Shown here: positions 19,225-31,846 of the stretch, in pieces | Position numbering within the stretch: the first letter of the stretch is position 1 | How the letters are laid out: the number at the start of each line of letters is the position of its first letter | Assembly (NCBI GenBank): GCA_019828565.1 | Contig: JAHDYR010000038.1 | Coordinates: forward strand, 636,735 to 700,734 | Source: Carpediemonas membranifera BICM | Taxonomy: Eukaryota; Protista; Fornicata | Length of the DNA stretch: 64,000 bases | Direction: 5' to 3' | Notes under the pieces: model-generated | The model's input: only the letters and a program-made list of their open reading frames with translations | Database searches by the model: none | What the model was told of the DNA's origin: nothing | Made by a program: the position numbers and the translations under genes

Positions 19225-21354
19225 ATGGATTCGGTATATGAAGCTGTTGAAACAGCTGGAGAGCGGTAGGTTCATCACTTCCCTCCTTTACATAGCTATA
19301 ACGCTCTCATCAACAGTAGCAAGCAACAACTAGCCAGCCTGGAGCGAGAACTTGACAACATTTCCGAAGCTGTCAACACAGCCACCGCCGTTCACAGCAA
19401 TAAGTTAACGACCCACCACAAGACTCTTCGGAACGCGTTCTCCTCAGTCCGCTCCCTCCATGACGAGATTGCGGACCTCAGACCTATCGCTGAGATCGGC
19501 AACAAGCTCTCCCAGTGGTCCGACCGGCGCCGCCGCGGTGAGCTAGCCCTCCAGCTTCTTAATCTGTACAAGAAAGTGTACGATGCGGTCGAGACTGGCG
19601 AGGAGGACTCTCTCAAGGCTCTGTACGCCACCGACGACGAGCTCCATGCGAATGCCACGGTCATGGCGCAGCTCGCGACCATTGTGAACGGTGTGAACGA
19701 CCTGGAGCGTCTGAAGAAGACTGACCCTGCAAGGGCCGATACCACTCGCCGCACATGCAAGAAGATCGCCCAACTCGTGTCAACCATGGTCAACGAGCTC
19801 CAGGCGAGACAGTCCATGGCCCTGCGGAACAAATCGGGCGGGATGGACACAGCGGAGGCGAAGCGGTGCACGGCAACACTCGTCGACGCCGGCTTTGGTG
19901 ACCACTGCACCGTCAACTACTCCTCCACTGCCCTGTCCCATATGATGGTTATCGATGTCAAGCCCGCGGCACACGCGCCAGGCGTCTCGGCATCTGTGAG
20001 GGTTGCTGACATCAAACGGTACCTCGACGAGCTCCGTGAGGCAATCAGGGCCGAGTACAAGACAGTCACGCTCATATACCCCGCAGTTTACGGCAAGATT
20101 GCGTTCGAATCAGCAATCAAGCGTGTAATCATGGAAAAGATCGCGATCAAGTTTGAAGAGGTCCTTCCCCGTCGCCGCGGCCCCGCCACCGTCGAGGACA
20201 TGCAGCTCCTCTCCGACATCTGGGCCCTGATCCTCGACTTCGGAGACGCAGTTGCCAAGTTCTCCAACCACAATGACGTCCGCAAACACCTCGAGACCGG
20301 CGCCGGCGACCTCTTCCTTGCAGGATACGCCCGCCACGACCTCGACGCCGTAGTGAACGCCCTCCCCTCGCCCGAGAGATACGCCGCCCTCCTGCCCCAG
20401 GCGCCGCCCCCGACAGCTAGAGGAGGGAGGTCCGCCGCCGTGACCAACCCCATGGCCGTCGAGCAGAACATCATCACGGGCCTAGAGTACCTCAAGGAGG
20501 ACGTTTCGGAGTCCATCGAGCTGTTTAACGCGCTCATCAAGAGGAGTAAAGTCCTCGCACCGGAGGCAGAGAGGCCGAGGTGCGTGGCGCACTCCTGGCT
20601 GGCCATGTACGGTGTCGTTACTGCGCTGGTGACGGCAGCGCTGGAGGTACACACGGACGGCGCCCCCAAGGCGGTGCTCACGCTCATTGCTGGTGTTCTG
20701 GACTTGTTGAAATCCGTAGAGCAGACTTGGCCGACAGCGAGGGAACTAATCGAGCACGATATCGCGGAGCTCGGCCTCACTATTGAGAGCAGGAGCCGGC
20801 ACCAGCGGGCCCTGGAGCGTACTATCGGCACCCACCTCCAGCTGTACGTCTCGACTAAAACTACGGAAATCCGGGCCCAGCTCGACCTCAACGCCGAACA
20901 GCTGAGTCGCGACTCGAACATCCAGTCGCCCGGCAAGGTGTCCAAGATGGTGACTGACGTGTGCCAGGCCATGGTGACGGCGCTGGGCGATCATGCCGTG
21001 CTAGACGTCAAGATGCTGACCCGACTTGTCATCACCTCCTTGGTCGAGTCCCTTGTCGGCCGCAAGATCACTGTTGACGGAGCTATCAAGCTCCAGGGCG
21101 AGTGTAACTCTCTCCAGCGTGCGATTGCCGCGTTCAAGCTCGCGACGGACGATGACGCTGATTATACTGCCAAGCTGGACCTCGTACCCGAGATCCCCAA
21201 GCTCTTCTACTTAGACCCGCAGGTGCTGGCCCAGTCCGTGGCGGAGGGCAGGTTCGGTGCCATGGGCGTAGGTCAGGTCCGGGAGCTGCTCGAGAGCAGG
21301 GCCGACTTCGAGGAGAGCGCGTTTGACTCGATCGCACAGTGGAGCGGCAGGTAG
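19225..21354 (+). CDS. SEC10: Exocyst component Sec10/EXOC5-like; intron 19266-19295
   Basis: A 30-nt stop-containing intron links ATG 19225 to the long frame. N-terminal coiled coil with IGNKLSQWSDRRRRGELALQLL; C-terminal GAIKL and RADF. Confidence 0.65.
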
Positions 21355-21872
21355 GTGTATGATAAATAGTTGGTTGGGCAACGGTGAGGAGGGGTTTAAG
21401 GTGTGAGCTGGTCGCTCAGGCGTGGGAGCCAGGCATCCGTGGGAATGTTGGTCGCAAACGGCAGAGCAACAGGTTTGCATTAACAGTGGCGGGGGTATAG
21501 TAACTGTGTAATGGGATGAGAGGATGAACTTCTGTCGTTTGTATTCATTGTGCACTTTACGTCGGATTGAATCCTTTCGCTGCAACCCATTAACCCGCTT
21601 TGAAGTCCACCGTCGCCCCTAGACCCCTGAACCTTGCCCTGCATCGATATTCCCAGACAGCATCGACTTTGGGGCGTGTTTTCTTGTTCGTCATTTGTGT
21701 TTTCCACTAGATTTCTCGGATCCGACGGTCTGGAGGGGAACATATTGCTCGGTATACCTCTCTTCAGTATCCCTATCGTCTCATTGGGGCCGGCCAGCTC
21801 TTGGCTGCCGATTTATGATTTATGGAAGCTCAGTGATAACTTCTGGCGCTGTGAACCCCACTGCCGTTATTC

Positions 21873-24800
21873 ATGACGAGCAGCATTTCAACGACAATGG
21901 GTAACCATATAACGTACCCTCTCAATATGGGGGCGTTCTGGGACTCCATATGCCGCTTCATCTTTGCATTTCACCACTCCGAGAGCCAACTCAGGAGATT
22001 CCGCCTTTCTCTATTCATCCTGACGCATTGTATCATAAGCCTCGAGCTCCTAACACTCATTTTCCACATATCATGGGCCTCACGGCTCAACGCGGACAAC
22101 CTTATCATATTTTCAGCAATCGGCTTCACCGCAGCGTTCACGCTTCTCTGGATGCCCTTAGAGATCACAGCCATCTCACGCTTCCATTTCCTCCACAAGT
22201 GGCGCCAAACGATCATTGTTTTCGTCATCTTCCTCGGCACGAGCGTGCTTTATCTTCCTCTCGTCCTCCTCTTTTCATACGTCGGCTTCTGCTCCCTCGT
22301 CGACGATACACAGTGCTCCGCCAACCTGAGCCCCATCACGGGCATTCTTTCCATCATACTGACCGCGATCCTGGTCGCCGGCACCGCGTTTATGCGTCTG
22401 GCCACGTTCGGGGCCCCTTTTCTCCGCGGGTGCACGTGGGCCTTCGAGTTCCCTTCGGCCAAGAAGGTCGTCCTCACCACCATCATTGACGCAGTTCTCT
22501 GTGTTATAGTCGCGATCATGACGCTCCTGGACGAGGGGTACGAGAAGATAATCACCCTCGCCATCCTCGTCGGCGTCTCGGGCACCACCGGCCTCGTCTA
22601 CGTCTGGGCACCAGGCAAGATGCACCCCGTCATGTGGATCCTCCAGGTAACACAGTACGTCGGCGTCGCCATTGGCTCCAGCTTCCGTATGACGTCTGCG
22701 TGGATTCTCGTGCCGACGATCCCGATCAGCTTGATTCTGTCGGTGCTTCTTGTCCTTGCCCGCACCATCCTCTACCATCTCAAGTACATGAAGCTCATGG
22801 AGCTCGTCTCTGTGCCCCAGTCCCGTCATCCTGGGGGAATCTTGAAGACGACGAACCGCACCGCGATCCAGCTGCCCAAGAACTATCAGTTCACGTCGCT
22901 GTACCACCACCTGTACCTCTCGCGGTGGAACAAGGACAGGACCCGCACCGACGACTGCCGCAAGGCCGTGGCGGTCCTTGAACAGGCGGCCACGGTCGAC
23001 AACGGCACCATGCAGGGTCGACTCGCGCTAATCACCTTCCTAGCAGCCGTTGCAGGCGACGTAGACCTCGCTCTCATTGAGGCCAGTCGCACTACAGAGA
23101 TGCTGGGTAAGGACCTCATCACCATGGACCCCAACGTCATGGTCATGCTCGTCGGGTTCAGGATCGGCATGGAGCTGGACATCGAGGAGACCAGGGGGCC
23201 CGACCAGGACACGCTGACGATGATCCGGACGGCCGAGCGGCGCGCACAGGTCAACATCGACGACGCACAGCGGGCGATCAGCGCATTTTGGCAGACACTC
23301 ACTGCGGATGCGCCAGACGTGAACGACCTCCTCGACCTCTCCAAGCGGATCTACCGCAACGCCCGCACTGCTGACCAGATCCTGTCCGAGATCCTCCTCA
23401 AGTACCCCGACCGCGTCCCCCTCATCCGACTCTACGCCAGACTCTGCAGCGACGTTCTCATGGAGCCTGAGGACGCTAACATACTCACAGGCCACGCTGA
23501 GGCCATCCTGGAGCTCGAGTCCCAGCCCGACCAAACCCTCCCGCCCGCATACACGACCGGAAAGGACAGGAGGCTCAGTAGGGCATCGACAGGGTCTACG
23601 GGGAGTCTACCGTGGCGCGGGAGCACGATCGTCAAGACGATGCTCCGCAGGAAGAGGGAAAGCGCACTTTTGTCCCGATCTATTCGCACTTTAAGGACAA
23701 GTATCAAATGCACGCTGGTCCTGCTCGGAGTAATGACCATCATCCCAGCCCTGTTCATCCAGGCCATCCTACTGCGAGAGAGCGCGCTCTACAATATTTC
23801 CCGGCACACGAGTCAAATTGCCTTCACCGCCAGTGAGCTGTTCAAGCTCTCCCAGCTGCTGTTGTTAGCCGAGTCAGACCCCGCCCTGGTACTATCCCCC
23901 GCTGGCCATTTTATCGCCGTCACTGAGATCTACAGCGCCTTGGAGCAGCAGTACGAGCTGATGCAGCATGCTGTGGGGCGGTTGGAAGAAGCGCTGGTCA
24001 GCCCCATCCTTGCCCAGTCGGGCCTCTTTGACGAGTTCTACGGCAATTCTGTATCTCTGGTGTACTACAACGCAGTGGACGATGACGCCACCATCTACCG
24101 TCCGGCGTCATTCATTGCTCTGGCCCGCGCATATCTGTCGCACGCAGGGAAGATAACACGCCAGCAGGGCGAGGATGACGATTTCAAATTCCTCATCGAT
24201 AACCTGTCGTTCTCCGCCGCCGGACGAATCGAGACCATCCTCAAGGACATCAAGGGCCAGACCCACCTCCTCTGGGGCTCGACCAGCGTCTTCCTCGCCT
24301 CAGCCTGCTTCGTGGTCGTCGGCGTGATGGTCACAATCTGCCTCTTCGTCCTCTGGCCGGCCTTTACACACATTGACCGCACGCATCTTGAGTGTCTCAA
24401 TATCTACCTGCATCTCCCGCCTAAACTCACACGGAAGATGGAGAGACTCAGCACGAGGTCGACCCCGAGAGTCATATCGAAGTCACGGTCGATTCGATTC
24501 GCTGACGATCAAAGACCGGTAACAAACAACAGCGCCAAGACCACCGAGGCGGCTGTGAGATTCCACCCGGGCGCACTCTCGGCCGCCGACATGACCGCCG
24601 CCTCCATGGAGCAGACGAACTCGAGCGAGATGGCGGATGACAGCATGTCCGTCGAGCGCCGCATCGAGACCCGCCTGGAGAGCGTCCGCCGCTGGCGTAG
24701 ATACCTGGCGCTGTCGAACCTGGTCACCATCGCCCTCTTCGTCAGCTGTGTCGGCGGTATCATACTGCTGAGCGTCGTTCAGGGCTACGCCGCGGCCACC

Positions 24801-27452
24801 AACAACGACATCGTCTCTGCGTACGACTCGCTCTCCGTGCTGGAGCGTACGGTGGGCTATGTGCACTCTGTCACCCACTCTATGCACCGGAGAGCCATAT
24901 CGTTCATCACGGACCCTGCGATTGAGTCAGTCAACGAGTTTAGCGATTTATATCTGGAGCTTTACACGAATGTATCAATTGGTATCAACGAGGAACTCTC
25001 GTCAGTCATATCTGAAACCCTAGATGCGATGACATATCTCCGCCGTATCGAAAGATATGATCGGATCGCCCAGCGTCTCGTCCTTTCGACCGACGTCGGC
25101 ATCGACTCGTCCCTCGTCTGCTCGATCACCGCCGCGCCGTACAACTACACCGCCCAGGCTGACTCCGAGCTCGAGACCGTGAAATACGCCTCATCCCGGA
25201 CGTCTGGCTTCTACTCCACGCCTGAGGTCGACGCGACCAAGCCCGACGATCAACTGCTGAACATCAGTCTCGCGTTGCTCGCAGACCCGGCTGTGCGGTC
25301 GAGTATGGCAGAGTTCGACTCACACATCGCATCCGCCGTCGACGCAGCCTCGAGCACTGTGTTTGCTGAGGTCGACGAGCTGGCCACCAATAGAGATGCG
25401 AGCATGATTCTCCTCTGGGTCGCCGTGTGCACTGTCGCCGCCGCGCACCTCCTCCTGGCCTGCTCAGTGCTCCTCGGATCGTACAAGGTGACCGTTATCC
25501 AAGAGCGACGCCACCACATCCTGACGTTCCAGACCCAACTCGTCCAGTTCATCCATAGCGACGAGCTCAGCGGGCTCGACTCTGCATCCAGGTCGATGGG
25601 CACCACGAACGGGTCAAAGTACGGAGGCGACGAGTCAACCGTCCATGAACCGAGCCTGGCCGCCACCCCGAGCGGCTCCGAGTCCGACAGCAACACAGTC
25701 CCGCCCGTCCTGTGGCGTGCGGTGCGCCCCCCCGAGGGCATCGTCCAGCTTGCCCAGGAGGGCATGAAAGGCGGCCGGTTGGTGCATGCCAGGTGGAAGC
25801 GGTACTGGCACCGCGTCGGGTTCCTGTTCTACGGCAACAGCAAGCGGCGGGGCCTCCTCCTCCTCGTGTTTTTCCTCGCCATTGGCGTATCCCTCGCTTG
25901 TATCGCCATCTGCACTGTTGTAGCAGCCCAGACGCAGTCTAGCGACGTCGACGAGCTCGCAGCGACGAGGCACAGGCTGATGACCGTCCGTGCCCGCCTG
26001 CTGCAGGACACGTTTGACATCTTCGACTCGGCCCATTACTTTGTCGAAACTGGGTCCCCGGCCGATGGGTTCGCCTATTCATCAGCAGTCGCGGTTGACC
26101 CCTTGGCGGCACTCGAGATGTACGGCGAGACGCTCATGGCGCAATACCCAGATAGAGACCGCGACAAGATGATTGAGACGTTTATGACAGCTGAAACATA
26201 TCTTGCCCACATGGTGAACAGCACGAGGATCGCCACACGCATGGCTATGTGGGTCTACGGCATCCCGGCCGGCACTCTGCCGGAGATCTCATCATTTGAT
26301 TGGGACGTCGCGACCGAGCCTGACGCCATCCTCCACAAGGCGCTGTACCCAAACTTGAGGTACGAGTACACTAACACCACGCACGACGGCTCCCTCGAGG
26401 CTGGGGTGCAGCTGGCGACGGCGAGGTCGATTATCGCAAATGAGATGTTCAGAGAGCACGAGATTACGTTTATTGATTTGATCGATCTTTTATTTGAAGA
26501 TATAGACGCGACGCTCGAGTCTATCGGCGACGAACTGGACTCCGAGCAGCATCAGAAGATGGCGATCTCTGGCCTCACAGCCACGCTCTTCATCCCGACG
26601 TGGATCGTCATTTTCTCCACCATCCGCCGCATCGTCCGGCCCAGAGACATCCGACAGAACCGCATCATCATCCAGAAGGTGCGCCACTCAACCTCGGCAG
26701 AGAGTATGCGGCTGGCGTTCAAGCATGTCCTCCAGCTCGTCGTCGGTTGGGTTGTCGTCGTCCTCTTCGCGTTCTTCGTCTCCCTGCTCAATAAGAACTC
26801 GTATGACCTCTTCTCTGACGCGGCAATGACGCTATCGAACCACCGCTACATCATGGGACAAGCATACGCCGTTGTTAACAACCCCGCTCGTGCGAAGGAG
26901 TCGTTCACCATGATCAAGCAGAGCGTGACTGTTGTTGACGAGTTCGTATCAGATTTTGCGACTTCCCTTTCTGTACCTTTTTATGTCTACTCGAATATTC
27001 TGAGCAGAACAGATTTGATCGATAAGATTGACACTTTTGAATCACTCGACTCCCATGCGGTCTTCACCAAGGTGCTTCAGCTGATGATGAGGCCGAGCAA
27101 GGAGACCAGCTGCACCAACCTCGGCGACGATTCCCTCGCGCTGTTCTCATCCCTCAAAGAACTCGACTGGGCCGTTGATACCAGTTTCCTCCGTGAGCAT
27201 GATGCCTTCCTCGACTCCATCACCTTCCGGACCAGGTTCATCCGTGCGGTGCAGCTTGTAGTGACCGTGCTGCTGTTGTTCTGGGTGGCGTTGTCGTATC
27301 GGACAATCTTTGGGCCGATATTGATCGCCTTGGCGCTTCAGGAGTCCATGACCAAGAGCCTCCTTAAGATGATCCCGCGGAGGCACATCAATAAGCACTC
27401 GTTGATCTCACGATACCTCTCCCAGAACGATGGGACGCTCAGCCTGACCTAA
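21873..27452 (+). CDS. TmcB/TmcC-like (tiny macrocysts) large multi-pass membrane protein
   Basis: 1859 aa. N-terminal TM cluster, TPR-like FWQTL...LLKYPDRVPLIRLYARLCSDVL, repeated TM pairs, terminal LLKMIP. Confidence 0.7.
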   Translation: MTSSISTTMGNHITYPLNMGAFWDSICRFIFAFHHSESQLRRFRLSLFILTHCIISLELLTLIFHISWASRLNADNLIIFSAIGFTAAFTLLWMPLEITAISRFHFLHKWRQTIIVFVIFLGTSVLYLPLVLLFSYVGFCSLVDDTQCSANLSPITGILSIILTAILVAGTAFMRLATFGAPFLRGCTWAFEFPSAKKVVLTTIIDAVLCVIVAIMTLLDEGYEKIITLAILVGVSGTTGLVYVWAPGKMHPVMWILQVTQYVGVAIGSSFRMTSAWILVPTIPISLILSVLLVLARTILYHLKYMKLMELVSVPQSRHPGGILKTTNRTAIQLPKNYQFTSLYHHLYLSRWNKDRTRTDDCRKAVAVLEQAATVDNGTMQGRLALITFLAAVAGDVDLALIEASRTTEMLGKDLITMDPNVMVMLVGFRIGMELDIEETRGPDQDTLTMIRTAERRAQVNIDDAQRAISAFWQTLTADAPDVNDLLDLSKRIYRNARTADQILSEILLKYPDRVPLIRLYARLCSDVLMEPEDANILTGHAEAILELESQPDQTLPPAYTTGKDRRLSRASTGSTGSLPWRGSTIVKTMLRRKRESALLSRSIRTLRTSIKCTLVLLGVMTIIPALFIQAILLRESALYNISRHTSQIAFTASELFKLSQLLLLAESDPALVLSPAGHFIAVTEIYSALEQQYELMQHAVGRLEEALVSPILAQSGLFDEFYGNSVSLVYYNAVDDDATIYRPASFIALARAYLSHAGKITRQQGEDDDFKFLIDNLSFSAAGRIETILKDIKGQTHLLWGSTSVFLASACFVVVGVMVTICLFVLWPAFTHIDRTHLECLNIYLHLPPKLTRKMERLSTRSTPRVISKSRSIRFADDQRPVTNNSAKTTEAAVRFHPGALSAADMTAASMEQTNSSEMADDSMSVERRIETRLESVRRWRRYLALSNLVTIALFVSCVGGIILLSVVQGYAAATNNDIVSAYDSLSVLERTVGYVHSVTHSMHRRAISFITDPAIESVNEFSDLYLELYTNVSIGINEELSSVISETLDAMTYLRRIERYDRIAQRLVLSTDVGIDSSLVCSITAAPYNYTAQADSELETVKYASSRTSGFYSTPEVDATKPDDQLLNISLALLADPAVRSSMAEFDSHIASAVDAASSTVFAEVDELATNRDASMILLWVAVCTVAAAHLLLACSVLLGSYKVTVIQERRHHILTFQTQLVQFIHSDELSGLDSASRSMGTTNGSKYGGDESTVHEPSLAATPSGSESDSNTVPPVLWRAVRPPEGIVQLAQEGMKGGRLVHARWKRYWHRVGFLFYGNSKRRGLLLLVFFLAIGVSLACIAICTVVAAQTQSSDVDELAATRHRLMTVRARLLQDTFDIFDSAHYFVETGSPADGFAYSSAVAVDPLAALEMYGETLMAQYPDRDRDKMIETFMTAETYLAHMVNSTRIATRMAMWVYGIPAGTLPEISSFDWDVATEPDAILHKALYPNLRYEYTNTTHDGSLEAGVQLATARSIIANEMFREHEITFIDLIDLLFEDIDATLESIGDELDSEQHQKMAISGLTATLFIPTWIVIFSTIRRIVRPRDIRQNRIIIQKVRHSTSAESMRLAFKHVLQLVVGWVVVVLFAFFVSLLNKNSYDLFSDAAMTLSNHRYIMGQAYAVVNNPARAKESFTMIKQSVTVVDEFVSDFATSLSVPFYVYSNILSRTDLIDKIDTFESLDSHAVFTKVLQLMMRPSKETSCTNLGDDSLALFSSLKELDWAVDTSFLREHDAFLDSITFRTRFIRAVQLVVTVLLLFWVALSYRTIFGPILIALALQESMTKSLLKMIPRRHINKHSLISRYLSQNDGTLSLT

Positions 27453-27709
27453 CCTGCGGCAAATAAATACCTTTCTTCGCTCAGACCATCGTTCTGGACC
27501 TCTGATGCAGGGCCATGTGTCGGCCTTATTATTATGCCCTCGGGACGGGGGCACCGAGCGGTAAATACATGCGCGTCGGAATGGGTCTAGCGGGATTCAT
27601 GAAAACCCCAAATGACGCTAATCTGAAGGGGGCGACTCTTAATGGCTTCAATTTATGTAAATCTCGCATTTATGTGTGGATCATGTATCTTTCGCCAAGA
27701 CAACAAGCG

Positions 27710-30260
27710 ATGAAGCGAACTGGCCTACCGACACCAATTTCCCAGTTCCTGATCGTCTTTTGGAAGCTCTTTATGGTGCAGAAGCAGCATCTCTTCCTTC
27801 TTGCGATCGAGGTGTTCCTTCCCGCTCTCTCAGCCGTCGGGATCTTCTTCCTTCTTGATCGCAGCACATTTGTCCCTTCGATCACGCATCCAGATGCCAC
27901 GTCCATAGCAGAAATCATTCCCCGTGCCAAAGGCAGCGCATATACATTGTTATACGCACCAACGACGGACGTACTGTCAAATGCTCTCATCGAACGCGTC
28001 GCCCATCTCTATTCAGATCCGCTGAAGATGGCGAACTACACCACTGAGGACGCCCTGCCTTCTGGAGACATCCTCGGCTTCGAATACAAGGATGACTTGG
28101 ACCAATTCATCCTCGATCACGAAGACCTCGTGCCCTACGGTGGCCTCACCTTCCCGCCCGGCCAGAACATGTCAGATCATACATATAGCATTAATGTCAT
28201 GTATAACTCCCGCAGCAGTGATGGCCAGCTGTCCAACCGCATCCTCGCCATGGCGCACCGTGCCCTGCTCGCTGAGCTCCCCGGGCAACTGGGGGGATCG
28301 CCCAAGCCGGTAGACCATATAGTTCCCGGGCTCATTCCGTCTGTGAGGCCCTACCCGTCTCTCTCCGTGTTCACGCCACCCATTGAGAACGCCGATGCCG
28401 ACGGTCTTCCGCTCTTTTTGACAGTGGCTGCCCTATTCACGTTCGTCATGACTGTCTACAGCATAGTACAAGAGAAGCAGTACAAGCTCCGGCAGATGAT
28501 GCACGTCTCCGGCCTCCGAGACCTGCCCTACTGGTTGGCAAACTTCACATTCCACTTGATTTGGGCATTCATCGCCGTCCTGCTCCTACTTGTCACTGCA
28601 ATCATCCTCGATCTTCCAACCATCCGCCACTGCAACATTCTCATCAGTTTCACCCTCCTCTTCTTGTTCTTCGCATGCAACATCGTCGCGGCATTTCTCT
28701 TCTCAACCTTCTTTGCCCAAACTCGCACAGCGATCGGCGGCCTTGCCCTCGTGTTCCTAGCGTCAATCATGGGCATGATGGTCGTCTCAATGTATCTCGA
28801 CGTCATCTATGAGCCTAACAACTTCCTCCTCGCCTGGGCGTCCTCGCTGTTCTTCCCTGTGAACCTTTCCAAGGCGTTCGACACCATCACCAAGCTCTGC
28901 CACTCAAGCCAGAAAGAGCCAGGCGACCCCGTGCGCCCTCCTGTCGGCTTCTCGCTCATTGACGCCGTTCACTTCGGATCTATACCCGTGATTGAGCAAC
29001 TATTGTGGCTCGCGGCAGACTTCATCATTTACTCCATACTGTGCTGGTACCTCGACAACGTCACCGCCTCTGCTCGCGGGGTCGGCCGCTCGCTGTTCTT
29101 CCCATTCACGCTAGACTACTGGGGCTTCAAGTCGCCCCAGCCGACAAAGGAATACAGCCCCGCTGAGGCGGATAAGATCATTGGCGAGGGCGTGGACAAC
29201 GACGTCAGGAAGGAGATGAAGGATGTCATCCTCAATCGACTCCCCGACACGAACGCCATTCGGATTGTGGGACTCAAGAAGACGTTCAAGTCGCTGGGAA
29301 GAAAGAACGTGGCAGTCAACGGACTCAGCTTGGCAATCAATGAGAACACCATATGCGGTCTGCTTGGCCATAACGGCGCCGGCAAGACGTTTGTACAGAC
29401 TTACCATTTACTTGTTACATAGCACTCTTATTAACATGCTCACTGGCCAGATGAAACCGAGCGGCGGGTTTGCCCGCATCTTCGGCAACGACATTGTGGC
29501 CCACAAGGACCGCCTGCACACCGTCCTCGGCCTCTGCCCCCAGTTCGACGTCCTCTGGCCCGAGCTGTCGGCCGCTGAGCATCTAAGAATCTTCGCGCAC
29601 CTTAAGGAGATCCCCCGTGGCGAGCGGGACGAGGCGATCACCCAATCTCTCCGGTCGGTCCACCTCAACAACGTCCGCAGCCGCAAGGTCGGCCGGTTTA
29701 GCGGTGGAATGCGCCGCCGGCTGACGCTTACGATGGCTCTACTGGGCAATCCCCAACTGGTCATCCTCGACGAGCCCACGACAGGCCTTGACGTCATCAA
29801 TCGGCGGCGGACGTGGGAGACGATCCTGGGGCACCGAGAGGGCCGCGTGTTCTTGCTGACGACCCACTCCATGGAGGAGGCTGACACGCTTTCTGACAAG
29901 ATCGCCATCATGGCTGACGGTCGACTCAGAGCAGTGGGAACCTCGCTCAGATTGAAGCAGCGGTATGGCGTGGGTGCCCGCGTGTTTGTCACACTCGACA
30001 TCACCACGCTCCGCAGAGCACGAGAGCACCTCCGCGAGATGTTCACCCGACTGGTCCCGGGGTCGAGGCTGGTAGGCCGTAACGGGCCGCACCACACCAT
30101 GTACGTCCCCCGGCGGCAGCTGGAGAAGCTCCCCGACCTGTGTGAGGCGCTCGAGGCCCCCTCCCAGTTCGTCCGGGACTTCAGCGTCGCGTCTACCAGC
30201 CTGGAGGACGTGTTTATGGTCACAGGCAAGAAGGGGACCGGCGTGGAGAAGGAGAGGTGA
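27710..30260 (+). CDS. ABCA-family half transporter; intron 29389-29422
   Basis: IVQEKQYKLRQMMHVSGL. A 34-nt intron restores Walker A GHNGAGKT|TLINML; signature FSGGMRRRL, ILDEPTTGLD, LTTHSMEEAD. Confidence 0.93.
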
Positions 30261-30447
30261 GTGTGTCTGCCGCTATGTTAAACTGCCGGGTTGGCGTGAT
30301 GAATGACGGTTGTGAGCATTCCTTCGGTCAGGGCAGGCATGGTGTGTTGAGCTGACCACGTCATTCCATGGACTCCTGCTACTGCTGGTCCAGTGGCTGT
30401 TCTTCAGCCCGGGTCCTCTATAGTCGGGGAGTCAGCACGTCGAGACG

Positions 30448-31098
30448 ATGTGGAAAAGCCTGAGATATGTCTCTCTGGCCCAGCAGAACCGCAGAGTGAT
30501 GGATGAGGCTTTGGTGCGTTCAGCCCAACAGCTGGAGCGGCGCATGACTGCGTTGGGGAACTACAGGTCGCGTTTCCCTCATTCCGTGCTCTATGAGACC
30601 TCAAATGTCTTCTTCCTGAGCTTCTGTTCATCGGGCATTTGGCATTTCATGAATGCGGCTTGGAGAGCTCCCAACGGAACCCGCATTTCGTCCGGCCTCA
30701 CTCACACAATTGTCCGCACGCCAACGACAGCAACCAACTTCGCCCTGTGGTCTGCAGCCCACAGCGTGACCAAGCACATGCTAGAGACCACCAAACACCT
30801 CGAAGGCCGCTCGCTGAACTTCGTCTCGTCTGGTCTCGTCGGCTTCGCCTCGTCGTCCCGTCTTGGGACCAAGAAGGCAATAACGAACTCCCTGATGGGT
30901 ATGGCGTTCCTTCTTGTCATGGAGCGTGTCGGTGGAGTCGTGGGGCAGGGTGTCATGACCTACACCTCTGCCAAGCACCGCATCGTCCAGGCCCGGACTG
31001 GGCTCGGCGAGCGGGTGGTGCAGTGGAAGCAGGAGGTCAAGGATAGCAAGGATGAGACCGCGGATAAGAGTGAACAGAGGCATCTGTTCTTTGGATGA
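30448..31098 (+). CDS. TIM17: Tim17/Tim22/Tim23-family translocase subunit, most like Tim17
   Basis: GIWHFMNAAWRAPNGTRISSG...RTPTTATNFALWS...NFVSSGLVG..SSRLG..AITNSLMG..LLVMERVG follows the Tim17 pattern. Confidence 0.75.
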   Translation: MWKSLRYVSLAQQNRRVMDEALVRSAQQLERRMTALGNYRSRFPHSVLYETSNVFFLSFCSSGIWHFMNAAWRAPNGTRISSGLTHTIVRTPTTATNFALWSAAHSVTKHMLETTKHLEGRSLNFVSSGLVGFASSSRLGTKKAITNSLMGMAFLLVMERVGGVVGQGVMTYTSAKHRIVQARTGLGERVVQWKQEVKDSKDETADKSEQRHLFFG

Positions 31099-31413
31099 GG
31101 CCCGGTCGCGCGGTAAAGTTCGTCCTCGGTGATTGTGAGTTGTGAGGTGCTTATCCATTTGATCCGGTGAAGGTAAGTCAGTGAAGAAGTAGGAGGATCA
31201 GCGGTTTGGGGTGACACCGCGGTGGAGCGGCTTTGAGTATATTGGGGCCAGCCTGGTCACCCGCACGTGTTAATATGAATACGAAGGCCTCTGGTGCGAC
31301 GATTTACACCTCTAGTAGGTCAACAACCCCCATCAGGCGCCGTGGCTGTCCTTTTTGAACGCCGCTGTTGACAAACCTTAAACTGCACTATTTTCTTAAC
31401 ACAAAAAAACGTC

Positions 31414-31846
31414 ATGGAAAGCGAAATCGAAGAGCAGCAAAGCCACATTGCCGATCAAATCGTTGAAGAGGATGGCACTGTACGTCCAGGCTGGAGCGGG
31501 CGCTTTAGAGCAGATGTGGGTCGTGCAATCATGAAGAAGATAGTCGATGAGAAGATTGGGACAGCTACGTACGATTCCGATAACGCCACTTCACTTGTGA
31601 AGGTTATATCCGATGAAGTCCGCGCGCAGATGGTCGGTTTGTCCATTTGTTATTTCTCACGCAGCACTCAACCTTGATCGCTACAAATACGGCGTTAACA
31701 CCGTCATCAGCGAGCGCCGCAGCCAGGGAATGCATGTATCCATGCGTAACTTCTGGGATACGAAGTCTGACAACGCGGTGACGTACCACTTCTCGAACGA
31801 GAGCATAATGTGCCTCTGCACCGCTTTCGCAGCCTACATCTACTGA
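31414..31846 (+). CDS. Tctex-1 family dynein light chain; intron 31637-31664
   Basis: A 28-nt intron joins ...EVRAQMV to ALNLDRYKYGVNTVISERRSQGMHVSMRNFWDTKSDN. Confidence 0.9.

Noticed and set aside
29380-29430. Programmed frameshift or pseudogene in ABCA (also Tctex, TAF9-like, surface protein)
   Set aside because: Short GT..AG introns restore the frames and motifs exactly.
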